Shown: positions 29,458 through 40,100, counted from the first letter of the stretch. The stretch: DNA of 64,000 nucleotides from Deltaproteobacteria bacterium (GCA_034670305.1 JAXMNT010000011.1:1-64000); one strand, 5' to 3'. Numbers and translations are program-made. Notes: generated by a model not told the origin, from the letters alone.

Positions 29458-29769
29458 ATGCTGGTATTCGACAAGTCGCTTCTTCTTCTCTCGCTTCTGG
29501 TGAGCGAGGTTCTGCCTCGCATTCGCGAGGCTTCACTGAAGTCGCAGCTGCGGCGCGCTGCGCAGGCAGTTCCCTTGCTCATTGCGGAGTCTCGGAGTGC
29601 GCGGGGGGCGAGGAACCCTGACGGGTTCTCGCGCGCACTTGGCGAAGCCCGTGAAGTGAAGGCGGCTTTGCAGGTCGCGGGGGTGATGGGGTACGTGCAA
29701 GCTGGCGAGGACATGTACGACTTGGCGGACCACGTCTGCGCGATGCTGTTCAAGCTGAGTCGAGGGTAG
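29458..29769 (+). CDS. Four-helix-bundle protein (23S-IVP/TIGR02436-like), 103 aa
   Basis: [44 protein letters not shown]. Confidence 0.85.
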   Translation: MLVFDKSLLLLSLLVSEVLPRIREASLKSQLRRAAQAVPLLIAESRSARGARNPDGFSRALGEAREVKAALQVAGVMGYVQAGEDMYDLADHVCAMLFKLSRG

Positions 29770-29936
29770 CCTGGGGCGGGGCGGCACTTGTGGCCGCTCC
29801 GCTTGGACCTTTCGCACGGGCACGGGGCACACGGCCTCATCCTCTCCTTCGGATCGGATTCGGCCGACTCCTCGGATCGCTTGCGGCGTCTTGGGTGGGG
29901 AGACTTTTTGGGCGGTCGGGGTAATGTTTAGGCGCG

Positions 29937-31019
29937 ATGGTCGGAGGGGATCCGGGTGAGGCGACGGCGTGGGGGTGGCTTCGCGGGTTTGCTTGGTTTC
30001 TGATCGCTTGGCCGGCGCTCTCGTTGCTCGCGCTGAGGGAGCTGGTGGGGCACGAGTGGGAGCTCATCCTGCTCGCGATGCTCGGGCCGGCCGGGGTTGG
30101 GGTGCTGCTGCTCGGGCTGGTGGCGGGGCTCGACCGGTTCGTGGGCACTGCGGGGCGTCCGCAGGCGCGGCCGAGCCTGTTGCGGGATGTGTCCAACACG
30201 GCGCTGACGGTCGCGGTGCTGCTCGGGATCGACCTCGCGCTCGTGCTCGCGTTCGAGGAGGAGAACCTCTTCGCACGTGACGACTTCGACGCGGGGCCGA
30301 TGACGGCGTGGGTGCTGGCGGGGGCGTTCGGCACGGCGCTCGTGCTTCGGGTGCTGCACCGGGTGGCGTTCGGCAAGGACCGGCGCGGCGTCGATCTCGG
30401 GGAAGGGTGGGGCCATGCGCCCACGCTGACGCGGCTCTTCGGTTACCTGACGCTCATCCCGATGCTCCTCGTGTACACGGTGATGATCGACTACGCGCTG
30501 CGCGGCACGCCGGGGTTCGGCATCGGCGGATGGGTGGGGCTGACGGCACTGTTGTGGCTCGGGCTGCGGTCGGCGATGGCGGGGCCGCCGCGCCGGTGGG
30601 CGGGCGACCCGTGGCGGGCGTACCTGCGGGGCGAGTCCATCGCGTTTCCGTGGTGGGTGATCGCGAGCGCGCTGGCGCTTGGCTTCGGCGCGCTCTTCGT
30701 GATGTCGCCATGGCTCGACGACGACATGACGACGTTCGGCCGGGTCCTCGCGGGCGTGCTCTTGATGCCACTCGGCGGCTTCGTCTACGCAGCGTGGCTC
30801 TTGGCGATGCGCCGCATCGTGCCGTCGTGGATGCGCACGGTTCGACTCGCGTGGCGCGCGCGCATCGACCCATCGGTGATCGTCGCGTGGTCGCTCGACG
30901 GCGAGGGCGACCACACGGAGGTCGTGCTGCACGCCCGCGACGGCGCACAGGGCCGCCTCCCGAGCCACGCCGGCTGGACCGCGTGGCTTCGCGAACACGT
31001 CGGCGGCCCCCAGCCGTAG
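29937..31019 (+). CDS. Hypothetical polytopic membrane protein
   Basis: About eight hydrophobic segments. Confidence 0.75.
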   Translation: MVGGDPGEATAWGWLRGFAWFLIAWPALSLLALRELVGHEWELILLAMLGPAGVGVLLLGLVAGLDRFVGTAGRPQARPSLLRDVSNTALTVAVLLGIDLALVLAFEEENLFARDDFDAGPMTAWVLAGAFGTALVLRVLHRVAFGKDRRGVDLGEGWGHAPTLTRLFGYLTLIPMLLVYTVMIDYALRGTPGFGIGGWVGLTALLWLGLRSAMAGPPRRWAGDPWRAYLRGESIAFPWWVIASALALGFGALFVMSPWLDDDMTTFGRVLAGVLLMPLGGFVYAAWLLAMRRIVPSWMRTVRLAWRARIDPSVIVAWSLDGEGDHTEVVLHARDGAQGRLPSHAGWTAWLREHVGGPQP

Positions 31020-31029
31020 TGGCCGTAGA

Positions 31030-31809
31030 CTAAGCCCGGCGGCAGAACAAGATCTGGCTGTCGCTGACTTCGTCGAGTTCGTTGCCTTCGAAGTCGCCGT
31101 GGCGCTCTTCGATGGCGAGACCGTTGTAGGCCAGCAGCGCTTCGAGCTCGGCCGGGAAGTAGTGGCGCTGGGTGAGCGGGGTGATCTCGAAGTGGAGGGG
31201 GTCGTCGACGCCGACGAAGGCCATGTCGATGGTCTGGATCTGGGTGACCGGGTCGTACTCGAAACGCTCGCGGTAGAAGACTTTGCGGCGGGCGTCGCCG
31301 GTGCCGCGCACGACTTGGCCCACGCGGTAGACGCGGTCCGGATCGCGGGCGAGTTCGCGCGCGTCGGGCAAGCGGATGTCGAAGACGAAGAGGCCGCCGG
31401 GCGCGAGGTGCGCCTTGACGGTGGCGATGGCGCGTTCGAAGTCGCTGCGGGTGTAGAGGTGGTTGAAGACGTTGAAGGGCGCGACGACGAGCGGGAACTT
31501 TCGGCGCGCGCGGAACGAACGCAAGTCGCCTTGGTGCAGCGAGAGCCGCGCCCGAATCCGTTTCGGCTTCTTCGCCAGCCGCGCGCGCGCCCGCTCGAGC
31601 ATCGCCGGCATCGCATCCACGCCGACCACGTCGACGTGCTCCGCCATCGCGAGCGACACCCGTCCGGTCCCACACCCGAGCTCGAGCACCGAGCCGCCCT
31701 CGCCGAGCGCCGCGGCCAGCCCCGCGTAGAACCGAACATCCTCCCGCCGCCGCCGATACGCCTGGTCGTAATACCCAGCGTCCTCGTAATGCGCCTCCGC
31801 CCCGCTCAA
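31030..31809 (-). CDS. Class I SAM-dependent methyltransferase
   Basis: [32 protein letters not shown]. Confidence 0.9.
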   Translation of the reverse strand: MSGAEAHYEDAGYYDQAYRRRREDVRFYAGLAAALGEGGSVLELGCGTGRVSLAMAEHVDVVGVDAMPAMLERARARLAKKPKRIRARLSLHQGDLRSFRARRKFPLVVAPFNVFNHLYTRSDFERAIATVKAHLAPGGLFVFDIRLPDARELARDPDRVYRVGQVVRGTGDARRKVFYRERFEYDPVTQIQTIDMAFVGVDDPLHFEITPLTQRHYFPAELEALLAYNGLAIEERHGDFEGNELDEVSDSQILFCRRA

Positions 31810-32555
31810 CGCATCCGCCCAGAGCGGACAGGCTCGGCTTCGGGAACGGCATCGGCTTCGGCATCGGCATCAGCTTCGGCATCGGCATCGGCTTCGGCAT
31901 CGGCATCGGCATCGGCTTCGGCTTCGGCTTCGGAGTCGGCTTCGGCTTCGGCTTCGGAGTCGGCTTCGGCTTCGGCTTCGGAGTCGGCTTCGGAGGCTTC
32001 CGCCCCGCCCTCGAACACCGGCTGCCCGCCGGGCAGCACCGGCGGCTCCGACAGGATCTCGCCGAACTCGAAGTCGATCACTTTCCACTTTTGGCCGTCG
32101 GGCGCGACCACGAACTCCATGCGCCGTTCGTACGGCCGCCCGAGGAACGTGCCGCTCGCGATCCCGGACAGCGCGGTGGTGCCGTCGTCGAGGAACTCGA
32201 TGGTGTCGATCAGCAGCGCAAGCCGTTCGGCCGCCATGTGATCCCAGACCTGCTGCTTCAGCTCGCGTTCATGCGTGCTCAGGGCCGCGTCGGTGCGTCG
32301 TCGCGCTTCCACCCGCGCGGCGGCGTCTCCCATCGAGAGTTCAGCCGCGGTGTCGTGTTCGCGTTTTCGCCACGCGTCGAGGAACGACTCGGCCACCCGC
32401 TCGGGGGTGCTGTCGTCCACTTCGACGACGGGGTCCACCACCGGGACCTCCTCGTCGACGTCGCCTCCACTCAGACCGATCGCGATGCCGGCCGCACCGA
32501 CGCAGAACATGCCGCTCGTCGCGGCGAGCACCATCGGGGTGGAGAGCTTCTTCAT
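31806..32555 (-). CDS. Membrane-anchored hypothetical protein (NTF2-like) with repeat-encoded acidic tail
   Basis: N-terminal [22 protein letters not shown]-terminal EAEAD tract encoded by the hexamer array at 31831-31999. Confidence 0.7.
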   Translation of the reverse strand: MKKLSTPMVLAATSGMFCVGAAGIAIGLSGGDVDEEVPVVDPVVEVDDSTPERVAESFLDAWRKREHDTAAELSMGDAAARVEARRRTDAALSTHERELKQQVWDHMAAERLALLIDTIEFLDDGTTALSGIASGTFLGRPYERRMEFVVAPDGQKWKVIDFEFGEILSEPPVLPGGQPVFEGGAEASEADSEAEAEADSEAEAEADSEAEAEADADADAEADADAEADADAEADAVPEAEPVRSGRMR

Positions 32556-32582
32556 GCCGAGCGGGCGGTCTAGGTCAGCCGC

Positions 32583-33347
32583 TCAGCCGCGGCCGTCGAG
32601 GAGGTGTTTCGCGAGCTCCGCGAACCCTTCCCCGTGCGAGGCCTCGGTGACGTACTTCGGCGGGGTGGGCAGCGCGTCGGTCTTCACGTTCGCGACGCCC
32701 ACGCTGTGCGGGAACGCTTCGAACGCGGCCGCGTCGTTGCCGCTGTCGCCGATGAAGATCCACTGGTCCGGATCGAAGCCCCAGCCGGCGGCCTGGAACG
32801 CGGCTTCGGCGCCGCTCGCTTTGTTCGCGGCGCTCGCGGTCGCGTGGCAGTGCACGGTGCTCACGCTGGCGAGGAGTCCGTCGTTCTTGATGAGGTTCAC
32901 GAGCGCGTCGATCTTCGACTTCGAGAGCGAGGCGTACTCGCCGATGTCGAAGGCGCGGTCACAGCGGCGGTGGCGCGAGTCGGCGCTCGGCTTCACGTCC
33001 GGCAGTTCGCGGGTCACGCGGGCACAGAGCCAGTCGAGCCGATCGCTGTGGGCTTCGCGGGCGTCCTCGTCGTCGAAGTAGCCTTCTTCGACTTTGCCTT
33101 CGTGCACGCGGACCCAGCCGGCGCCGTTCTCACCGATGGCGAGTCCGACCGGGAGCAGGCGGGCGACGACGTCGACCCAGCCGAGCGGTCGACCGGTGAC
33201 GAGCACGAGATCGAGGCCGGCCGTGGCGAGGTCCTCCATCGCGCTCAGGGACGCCGCCTGGAGTCGCCCGTCGCGCGTGACGGTGTCGTCCATGTCGAAC
33301 ACCACACCGCGCACCGACGCGCGGATCTTCTTTGGAATTTTGATCAT
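32583..33347 (-). CDS. HAD-IIB family hydrolase
   Basis: FDMDDT, VTGRP, GENG, NKASG, FIGDSGND. Confidence 0.9.
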   Translation of the reverse strand: MIKIPKKIRASVRGVVFDMDDTVTRDGRLQAASLSAMEDLATAGLDLVLVTGRPLGWVDVVARLLPVGLAIGENGAGWVRVHEGKVEEGYFDDEDAREAHSDRLDWLCARVTRELPDVKPSADSRHRRCDRAFDIGEYASLSKSKIDALVNLIKNDGLLASVSTVHCHATASAANKASGAEAAFQAAGWGFDPDQWIFIGDSGNDAAAFEAFPHSVGVANVKTDALPTPPKYVTEASHGEGFAELAKHLLDGRG

Positions 33348-34522
33348 CAATCGACCCGGAAGAGAAGCGATTTGAGGTACCGACCTTCGGGGAAGGCGGC
33401 TGGCGTGGGATGGTCGCCCGGCTGACCGCCGGACCAGATCAGGGTGAGGTGACGTCCGGCGCGCCTGGCGCCTTCGTTCACGGCTCGGAGAAAATGTGCC
33501 GGCCCGAGCGCGGCAGAACAAGAACAACTCATCAGCAGCCCACCGCGTTCGACGAGCGGAGCCGCCAGACGGTTGAGCTGCACGTACGCTTTGCGGCCGC
33601 GATCCATGTGGCGTTTGCTCGGGATCAGTTTCGGCGGGTCGACGACGACCAGATCAAAGGTCTCTCCGGCCTTGGCGAGCTCCGGCAGCTTGCGGCGGAT
33701 GTCGGCCTTCTGGAACTGGACCTTGCCGAGCAGGTCGTGGTGCTGAGCGATGGCGGCGCCGGCCGCGACCGCAGGGGCCGAGCTGTCGATGCAGACGACT
33801 TCGTCCGCCCCGCCTCGGGCGGCGGCCAAGCCGATCGAACCGACGTAGCTGTACGCGTCGAGCACCCGGCCGCGCGCGACGGCTTCGACCTGGTCGCGCG
33901 TGATGCGCTGGTCGAGGTAGTAGCCGGTCTTCTGTCCGAGGGCCGAGGGGATCCGGAGCGAGAAGCCGCGGTCCATGAACTCGAGCGCGTCGACTTCGCT
34001 CCCGCGCGCCACGCGGGCGCCTTCCTGGATGCCTTCGGCTTTGATCTCGGTCGCCGGGCAGAGGATGGTCTTCACGCCGGTCGCGCGGGTGATGTGGCCG
34101 AAGATGGCTTCGGCCCGTTTCAGGGCGCCAATCGTCCGGAACTGCACGACCGCGACCTTGTGGAAGATGTCCACGATGAGGCCGGGGGTGTCGTCGCCCT
34201 CCGAGTTCAGCAGCCGGTAGGCCTGGTTGCGGTCGGAGGGAAGTCCGAGGCGGGCGCGAAGGGCGAGGGCGGCGTCGATGCGGCGGCCGATCAGCGCGTC
34301 GTCGATCTTCTCCGCGGCGTCGCGCGACCAGATGCGCAATGGAATCGCGCTCTTGGGCGACCACAGACCGGTGCCCAGAAACCGCCCGTCGGGGTCGGTC
34401 ACGCGCACTTCATCACCCGGACCTGGAGCTCCCTCCACGTTCGCGATGTTCTGGCTGAAAACCCAGGGGTGCCCCGCCCAGACAGGCTGGACGTGGCCCT
34501 TGCGAAGCCTAACGGTACTCAC
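33347..34522 (-). CDS. rlmI: 23S rRNA m5C1962-type methyltransferase
   Basis: GHPWVFS, SEGDDTPGLIVD, GQKTGYYLDQR, VVDPP, CSCS, DHP..PEGRYLK. Confidence 0.9.
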   Translation of the reverse strand: MSTVRLRKGHVQPVWAGHPWVFSQNIANVEGAPGPGDEVRVTDPDGRFLGTGLWSPKSAIPLRIWSRDAAEKIDDALIGRRIDAALALRARLGLPSDRNQAYRLLNSEGDDTPGLIVDIFHKVAVVQFRTIGALKRAEAIFGHITRATGVKTILCPATEIKAEGIQEGARVARGSEVDALEFMDRGFSLRIPSALGQKTGYYLDQRITRDQVEAVARGRVLDAYSYVGSIGLAAARGGADEVVCIDSSAPAVAAGAAIAQHHDLLGKVQFQKADIRRKLPELAKAGETFDLVVVDPPKLIPSKRHMDRGRKAYVQLNRLAAPLVERGGLLMSCSCSAALGPAHFLRAVNEGARRAGRHLTLIWSGGQPGDHPTPAAFPEGRYLKSLLFRVD

Positions 34523-34539
34523 GGTTTCAGTTGGTCGAT

Positions 34540-34788
34540 TCAGCCGTTGCGCTCAACAACCTCAGCATCGGTGACTTCGTCCTGAGCGCTCGCGGCGGTG
34601 CGTGCCGTCACTTGCTTCTCTTTGGGCGTAGGGGTCACATCGATCTCGTCGTCGGTGTTGAGTCCGCGCTTGAGGTTCCGAATCGCCTTGCCGAGGCCTT
34701 CACCGATCTGCGGAAGCCGGCTTGCGCCGAACACCAGCAGGACGATGACGAGGAGGATGAGTAGCTCCCCCATTCCGAGATTGGGCAT
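34540..34788 (-). CDS. tatA: Twin-arginine translocase TatA/E
   Basis: [37 protein letters not shown]. Confidence 0.95.
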   Translation of the reverse strand: MPNLGMGELLILLVIVLLVFGASRLPQIGEGLGKAIRNLKRGLNTDDEIDVTPTPKEKQVTARTAASAQDEVTDAEVVERNG

Positions 34789-34892
34789 GATGACTCCGAG
34801 GTAGCTCGAATGAGCCGAAGGTCCAACCGAGGACCACCAGACATCGAAACCCTACGCCCCGCAGGCAGGGTCCGCAATGAGGCGAATGCGTC

Positions 34893-35624
34893 GTGTATGC
34901 TGATCGTGTGCACGCCCAGGTGCTCACCCGCCGACTTCAATCCGTGCGCGATCCCTCCGTGCGGGCGACCTACGTCCGCAACGCCGTCTCGGCGCTTCGG
35001 CCGGACGCGGTCGTGGCGCTCGTGGCGGCGCTCGATGCCCAGCGCAGCCCGGAGCATCTGGATGTGCTGCTGCTGGTCTCGGTGGCTCTGGCGGAGCCCT
35101 CCTTGGCCGAGCTGCGGGAGCGTTCGGCGGTCGAGGCGCACCAGCTCGGATTGGCCGATGTGGCGGAGCTTCTGGCCTCCCACGAGGCGGACACGCCGGA
35201 GATCGGGGAGCTGCGGGTGCCAGACTTCGGGGTCGGGCGATCGCTCACCCTGGGGGAACGCAAGTCGCTGGCGCGCAAGCGAGAGCGGGGGGTGCTGCAG
35301 CGGGTGCTGCGGGATCCGAGCCCGGACGTCATCCGGATCTTGCTGGGCAACCCGTCGCTGACCGAGCCAGACGTGGTGCAGCTGGCGGCGTTGCGGCCCA
35401 TCGACCCGGCGTCGCTCCGAGAGATCTTCCGCCACCCCAAATGGACGATCCGGTATCCGGTGCGGCGGGCCCTCGTGCAAAACCCGTATCTGGAGCTCGC
35501 GCTGGCGTTGGCGCTGGCGCCGCATCTGAACGTCGCCGATGCCCGTCGATTGGCCGCTTCTCCGGATCTGAGGATCCCGCTGCGTCGGGCGCTCGGCCGG
35601 GTGGGCGGACTCCGCCTGCACTGA
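34893..35624 (+). CDS. Hypothetical helical-repeat protein
   Basis: LTLGERKSLAR, DPSPDVIRILLGNP, VRRALVQNP repeats. Confidence 0.75.
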   Translation: MYADRVHAQVLTRRLQSVRDPSVRATYVRNAVSALRPDAVVALVAALDAQRSPEHLDVLLLVSVALAEPSLAELRERSAVEAHQLGLADVAELLASHEADTPEIGELRVPDFGVGRSLTLGERKSLARKRERGVLQRVLRDPSPDVIRILLGNPSLTEPDVVQLAALRPIDPASLREIFRHPKWTIRYPVRRALVQNPYLELALALALAPHLNVADARRLAASPDLRIPLRRALGRVGGLRLH

Positions 35625-35674
35625 TTCTCGTCCTTCGGGACCGCGATCCTTGACGCAGTGCGCCAAGGGGGGTT

Positions 35675-36283
35675 ATGGAAATCGTTCGTTTGGAGGTCCC
35701 GCGAGTGGAGGCAACCGTAGAAGATCCGGCAAAAGAACCGCGCCTTATCAAGCGCTACGCCAACCGGAAGCTCTACGATACGCAGGACAGCCGGTACGTC
35801 ACGCTTCAGCAGATCGCCGAGATGGTGGGTCGCGGCGAGGACGTGAAGATCATCGACAACAAGTCGAAGGAAGATCTGACCAACGTCACCCTCGCGCAGA
35901 TCCTCGCGCAAATCGTCCACGAAGAAGAGAAGCAGGGCGAGGGGTCGGCGCGGCGGAGCAGCTTGCGGTCGTTGATCGAAGAGGGGCAGAAGCGCCTCGT
36001 GGACTCGCTTCCGGGGCCGCTCTCGAAGCTCCTTCGCGAGGACGAGGGCAAAGCCGCTGCGAAAGCGGCCGCCAAGCCCGCCAAGACCGAAGAAAGCGAT
36101 GAGCCGAAGGGCGACAAGCCGAAGGGCAAAGGCCCGCTGGACGACCTGATGCACCTGGCCGACGACCGGGTGAAGTCGATCGTCGGAGAGGTTCGACGGC
36201 TCCAGGGCCGCATCGACGAGCTCGAGCAGCGGCTCGCATCGATGCTCGGCCGGAAATCGAAGGCCAAGGGCGAAGAAGAGTAG
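35675..36283 (+). CDS. PhaR-like DNA-binding protein
   Basis: IKRYANRKLYDTQDSRYVTL...EDLTNVTLAQI; C-terminal coiled coil. Confidence 0.88.
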   Translation: MEIVRLEVPRVEATVEDPAKEPRLIKRYANRKLYDTQDSRYVTLQQIAEMVGRGEDVKIIDNKSKEDLTNVTLAQILAQIVHEEEKQGEGSARRSSLRSLIEEGQKRLVDSLPGPLSKLLREDEGKAAAKAAAKPAKTEESDEPKGDKPKGKGPLDDLMHLADDRVKSIVGEVRRLQGRIDELEQRLASMLGRKSKAKGEEE

Positions 36284-36334
36284 AGCCTCGGTCGGCTTGC
36301 CCCGCCGGTGGCAGATCGGTACGGTCCAGCCGAC

Positions 36335-36520
36335 ATGGCGGACCATTCCAACGAAGGCGGCATCCTCCCGGACGTTCACGACGAGGCGGCCGACACCCCG
36401 ATGTGGGTGCCGATGCTCGGCTTGGCGCTGCTGACCCTGGCCACGATCTTCCTGATCGTGCGCGCGGCGGTCGCTGACGACGCAGTCGACGAAACCGTCG
36501 AAGCCGCGCTGGCCGACTGA
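36335..36520 (+). CDS. Small single-TM protein
   Basis: DVHDEAADTPMWVPMLGLALL. Confidence 0.6.
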   Translation: MADHSNEGGILPDVHDEAADTPMWVPMLGLALLTLATIFLIVRAAVADDAVDETVEAALAD

Positions 36521-36581
36521 GTCTTTTGCCACTGGCGGCCACCCAGCCCATCGATGGGTGCATTGGGTACACTGCGCCGCG

Positions 36582-37382
36582 ATGACGTTTGATCTGGATC
36601 GGGTGGGCGGTTGGCGCGGGCTCGAAGGCATCGTGTCCGAGGTGCTCGGGTGCGGGGAACTCGCGATGCGGCTCTTCGCGGACGGCGCGGCGGACCGCCT
36701 CGAGAAGAAGGGCGACCGCAGCCCGGTGACCGAAGCGGACCGCGCGGTGGAAGCGCGTCTGCGCGCGTACCTAGAAGCGGCGACTCCGGACGCCGGGTTC
36801 CTCGGCGAAGAATCCGGGACGGACGACCATGCGGCGGCTTCGAAACGCAGTGCGCTCCGGTGGATCGTCGACCCCATCGACGGCACCCGCGCGTTCGTGC
36901 GCGGCTTGCCGACCTGGTCGATCCTCGTCGGCCTCGAGTACGAGTCCGTGCCGGTGCTCGGCGTGGCGCTCCTCCCGGTCACCGAAGAACTCTTCATTGG
37001 CGTCGCCGGCGGTGGCGCGACCATGAACGGCCGCCCGCTTCGGGTGTCCAACGTCGCGGCGATCGAAGACGCCGCCATCGGCCACGGGTCGCTTTCCCAG
37101 TTCACCGAATCCGGCCGCACCGACGCACTCGCCCGCCTCGCCGCCGGCACCTACACCCAGCGCGGCTTCTGCGACTTCGCCAACTACCGCGAGCTCCTCC
37201 TCGGCCGCCTCGACGCCGTCGTCGACCCCGGCGTGCAGCCCTACGACTGCGCCCCCGCAGCCGTCCTCGTGCGCGAAGCGGGTGGCCAAACCTCCGACCT
37301 CACCGGCCAAGACACCATCTACGGCGACGGCTTCCTCGCCACCAACGCACACCTCCACTCCGCCGTCCTCGCCCTGGTCTGA
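36582..37382 (+). CDS. Inositol monophosphatase family, HisN-like
   Basis: [32 protein letters not shown]. Confidence 0.88.
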   Translation: MTFDLDRVGGWRGLEGIVSEVLGCGELAMRLFADGAADRLEKKGDRSPVTEADRAVEARLRAYLEAATPDAGFLGEESGTDDHAAASKRSALRWIVDPIDGTRAFVRGLPTWSILVGLEYESVPVLGVALLPVTEELFIGVAGGGATMNGRPLRVSNVAAIEDAAIGHGSLSQFTESGRTDALARLAAGTYTQRGFCDFANYRELLLGRLDAVVDPGVQPYDCAPAAVLVREAGGQTSDLTGQDTIYGDGFLATNAHLHSAVLALV

Positions 37383-37410
37383 GCGGGTGGGCGCGCACGC
37401 GGCAGGAGCG

Positions 37411-37628
37411 AGGTCGGGATCGGGTTCGGCATCGGCATCGGCTTCGGCTTCGGGCTCGGCATCGGCATCGGCATCGGGATCGGCTTCGGGATCGGCTTCG
37501 GGATCGGCTTCGGCATCGGCTTCGGCATCGGGTTCGGCTTCGGGATCGGCTTCGGCATCGGGTTCGGCTTCGGCTTCGGCTTCGCCCCGAACAGTCGGGC
37601 ACGGGCACGGGCACGGGCACGGGCACGG
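37411..37628. repeat. Hexamer array (TCGGCT/TCGGCA/TCGGGA)n + (GGGCAC)n
   Basis: Visible, downstream of the IMPase stop; same order as 4450-4650. Confidence 0.9.
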
Positions 37629-37632
37629 ACAT

Positions 37633-38334
37633 GTACGCTGGCAGAGTCTCGTCGGGTCGCCGCACAGCCGCGACACTCTGGCGTGGCTCTGGCTGGCCGC
37701 GCTGTTCGCCCTCGCCTGTGGCGGTGACGACGCGGCCAACGCCTCTCCCGACCCCCGCTTCGAACCGGTCTCCGCGCCGGCCGACGACCCGGCCGCCGTC
37801 GTCGTGCGGGACTTGCCGCCGAGCGAGCTGCGCGCGCACGTGCTCGAACAGACGCGCACCCAGACGATCACGCCGACCTGGTTCGGCGAAGATCCGTGGC
37901 AGGCGTTCGCGGTGGTCGTCGGCGATCAGGACGTGGGCGAGGTTGTCGCGCGGGGCCGCACGTACGTGCGCAACGGCGGCGGGCTCGAGCTCGATGTGCG
38001 CATGGGCGCGGGCGACCGCGGCGCGTTCATGGGCGGGGTGCTCGCGACCGGGGTGGAGCGCGCGATGGTACAGGTGCGGGTGATGGATCCGGACACGCTC
38101 GGTGCGCGGTTCTCGATCCGGGTGCACGCGCTCGAAGGCGACGTGCGTCCGCGCGATGCGACGCCTGGGTACCTGCGGCGTGCGGTGCCGCGCGGGACCT
38201 ACCGCGCGTGGGTGGATGTGCCGCCGCGCGGCGGGCGGTACCTGGTGGAGGTGACGACGCTGGATCGCGGTGGCGAACAGGTGGCGCAGGCGTGGGCGAG
38301 TCCGATCGCGGTGGAGCGGCCGTGGCTGCAGTGA
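37633..38334 (+). CDS. Hypothetical lipoprotein
   Basis: [12 protein letters not shown] lipobox; no clear start codon next to the array. Confidence 0.6.
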   Translation, partial: VRWQSLVGSPHSRDTLAWLWLAALFALACGGDDAANASPDPRFEPVSAPADDPAAVVVRDLPPSELRAHVLEQTRTQTITPTWFGEDPWQAFAVVVGDQDVGEVVARGRTYVRNGGGLELDVRMGAGDRGAFMGGVLATGVERAMVQVRVMDPDTLGARFSIRVHALEGDVRPRDATPGYLRRAVPRGTYRAWVDVPPRGGRYLVEVTTLDRGGEQVAQAWASPIAVERPWLQ

Positions 38335-39338
38335 CGGGGGCGTCAGACGCAGACGCGGGTGCAGACGCAGGTGCAGCAGCAGGTGCAGACGCAGGTGCAG
38401 ACGCAGCAGCAGCAGGTGCAGACGCAGCAGCAGCGACAGCGACAGCGACAGAGTCAGCGACAGAGTCAGCGACAGAGTCAGCGACAGAGTCAGCGACAGA
38501 GTCAGCGACAGAGTCAGCGACAGAGTCAGCGACAGAGTCAGCGACAGCCGCCGATGCCGATGCCGATACCGATGCCGATGCCGATGCCGATGCCGAAGCC
38601 GATTCCGATGCCGATGCCGAAGCCGAGGCCGATGCCGACGCCGACGCCGGTGCCGTTGCCGTTGCCGACGCCGATGCTGACGCCGATGCCGGTGCCGACT
38701 CCGAGCTGCCGCTAGCGGTTCGGGTGCGGTGGACGGTGGGGTTCGTGTGGGTGGCTGCGGCGTTGGCGTTCTTGGTGGTGGGGCTTTGGACGCATGCGGA
38801 GGCGCGGGAGGCGTGGGCGGGGGAGCGGGGGCTGCTCGGGACCGAGGACTACGACGCGGAGGCGAGCGACCGGGCGTATCTGCGGAGCCGGCGGGCGCAC
38901 GAACGGGTGGGGTGGGCGGCGCCGCTTTTGGTGATCGGGGTGGTGATCGTGTTGGGGCTCGGCGGCGCGTCTGAGACGCCGCTTCGTGCGCCCGGCCGTG
39001 GGCGACTCGTGGGGGCGACGTTGGTCGACCTGGGGTGCGCCGTCGCGCTCACGTCGCTCGGGTGGCTCGACACCGGGGAGAGTGCGCTGGTGTTTGCCAT
39101 CGCGCGCGCCGGTCCGGTGGCGGGCGTCGCGGTGCTCGCGGCGGGCTACGGACAGGGCGCGTCGCTCGGCCTGCGGACGATGGGGCTGCGGTGCGCGGCG
39201 TCGCCGGTGCAAGCGGTGGTGGCGGCGGTGTGTTGGCCGCTCTCCGTGGTCGTGGTGGCTGCGCCGGTGTGGGCGGTGGCGGCGGCGCCTGCGTTGGCGT
39301 TGGTGCGGGCGCGGGTCGGGCGGTCTCTCCCGAGCTGA
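38331..39338 (+). CDS. RDD-like membrane protein with repeat-encoded N-terminal extension
   Basis: GTGA overlap with the upstream stop; ~120 codons of ADAG/ATES/ADAD, then TM segments with RLVGATLVD and [14 protein letters not shown]. Confidence 0.6.
   Translation: MTGASDADAGADAGAAAGADAGADAAAAGADAAAATATATESATESATESATESATESATESATESATESATAADADADTDADADADAEADSDADAEAEADADADAGAVAVADADADADAGADSELPLAVRVRWTVGFVWVAAALAFLVVGLWTHAEAREAWAGERGLLGTEDYDAEASDRAYLRSRRAHERVGWAAPLLVIGVVIVLGLGGASETPLRAPGRGRLVGATLVDLGCAVALTSLGWLDTGESALVFAIARAGPVAGVAVLAAGYGQGASLGLRTMGLRCAASPVQAVVAAVCWPLSVVVVAAPVWAVAAAPALALVRARVGRSLPS
38341..38703. repeat. Array (GCAGAC/GCAGGT)n-(GCGACAGAGTCA)x8-(GCCGAT)n
   Basis: Visible 6/12-nt periodicity. 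Confidence 0.9.
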
Positions 39339-39685
39339 ACCGACGCCGAAGCCGATGCCGAAGCCGATGCCGATGCTGATGCCGAAGCCGAAGCCGAAGC
39401 CGATGCCGATGCCGATGCCGATGCCGACGCCGAAGCCGAAGCCGAAGCCGATGCCGAAGCCGATGCCGATGCCGATGCCGATGCCGATGCCGAAGCCGAC
39501 GCCGATGATGCCGACGCCGACGCCGATGCCGATGCCGAAGCCGACGCCGACGCCGACGCCGATGCCGAGGCCGACGCCGATGCCGAGGCCGATGCCGACG
39601 CCGATGATGCCGACGCCGACGCCGATGCCGAGGCCGGAGCCGAGGCCGACGCCGATGCCGAGGCCGGAGCCGAGGCCGACGCCGC
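39339..39685. repeat. Hexamer array (GCCGAT/GCCGAA/GCCGAC/GCCGAG)n
   Basis: Begins right after the TGA at 39338. Confidence 0.9.
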
Positions 39686-39711
39686 CTCGGGTAGGGAGGT
39701 TGGGTTCCTTT

Positions 39712-39793
39712 TGCGACGGAACTTCCACCCACTCCTCACTCTTCTGAACTCTCCCGAAACGAACCGGGAGCCGGCGAGAACCGGCAACCACGC
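39712..39793 (+). repeat. Dispersed AACTC-rich repeat, copy C (diverged)
   Basis: TGCGACGGAACT...AACTCTCCCGAAACGAACCGGGAGCCGGCGAG..ACCACGC. Confidence 0.8.
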
Positions 39794-39879
39794 AGGAGCG
39801 CCCCGCCCGCGAGAACGCTCAGGGGGGCGTGCGCAGTCGCGCTGCCCAACTCGCCAGCGTGTCGCGCTGGGCGCAGTAG

Positions 39880-40076
39880 TCGCGGTCGCTGCCGCTGTTG
39901 CTGTCGCTGCCGCTGACGCTGACGCTGTCGCTGCTTCTGACTCTGCTTCTGACTCTGCTTCTGACTCTGCTTCTGACTCTGCTTCTGACTCTGCTTCTGA
40001 CTCTGCTTCTGACTCTGCCTCTGACTCTGCGAAACGAACCAAGGGCAAGGGCAGGGGCAAGGGCAGGGGCAAGGGG
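39880..40076. repeat. Array (GCTGTC)n-(GCTTCTGACTCT)n-(GGGCAA)n
   Basis: Visible, downstream of the 40101 stop. Confidence 0.9.
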
Positions 40077-40100
40077 CCTCTTGGAGTCGCTTGGCTCCTC

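Noticed and set aside
27470-29769. Diversity-generating retroelement (Avd-like genes)
   Set aside because: No reverse transcriptase and no TR/VR pair differing at adenines seen in the window.
27470-29769. 23S rRNA intervening sequence
   Set aside because: No rRNA sequence flanks either gene.
39049-40072. Poly-SA, RH, GI and PM ORFs as real proteins
   Set aside because: Most frames of the arrays are stop-free, so being open carries no evidence; no RBS or domain support.
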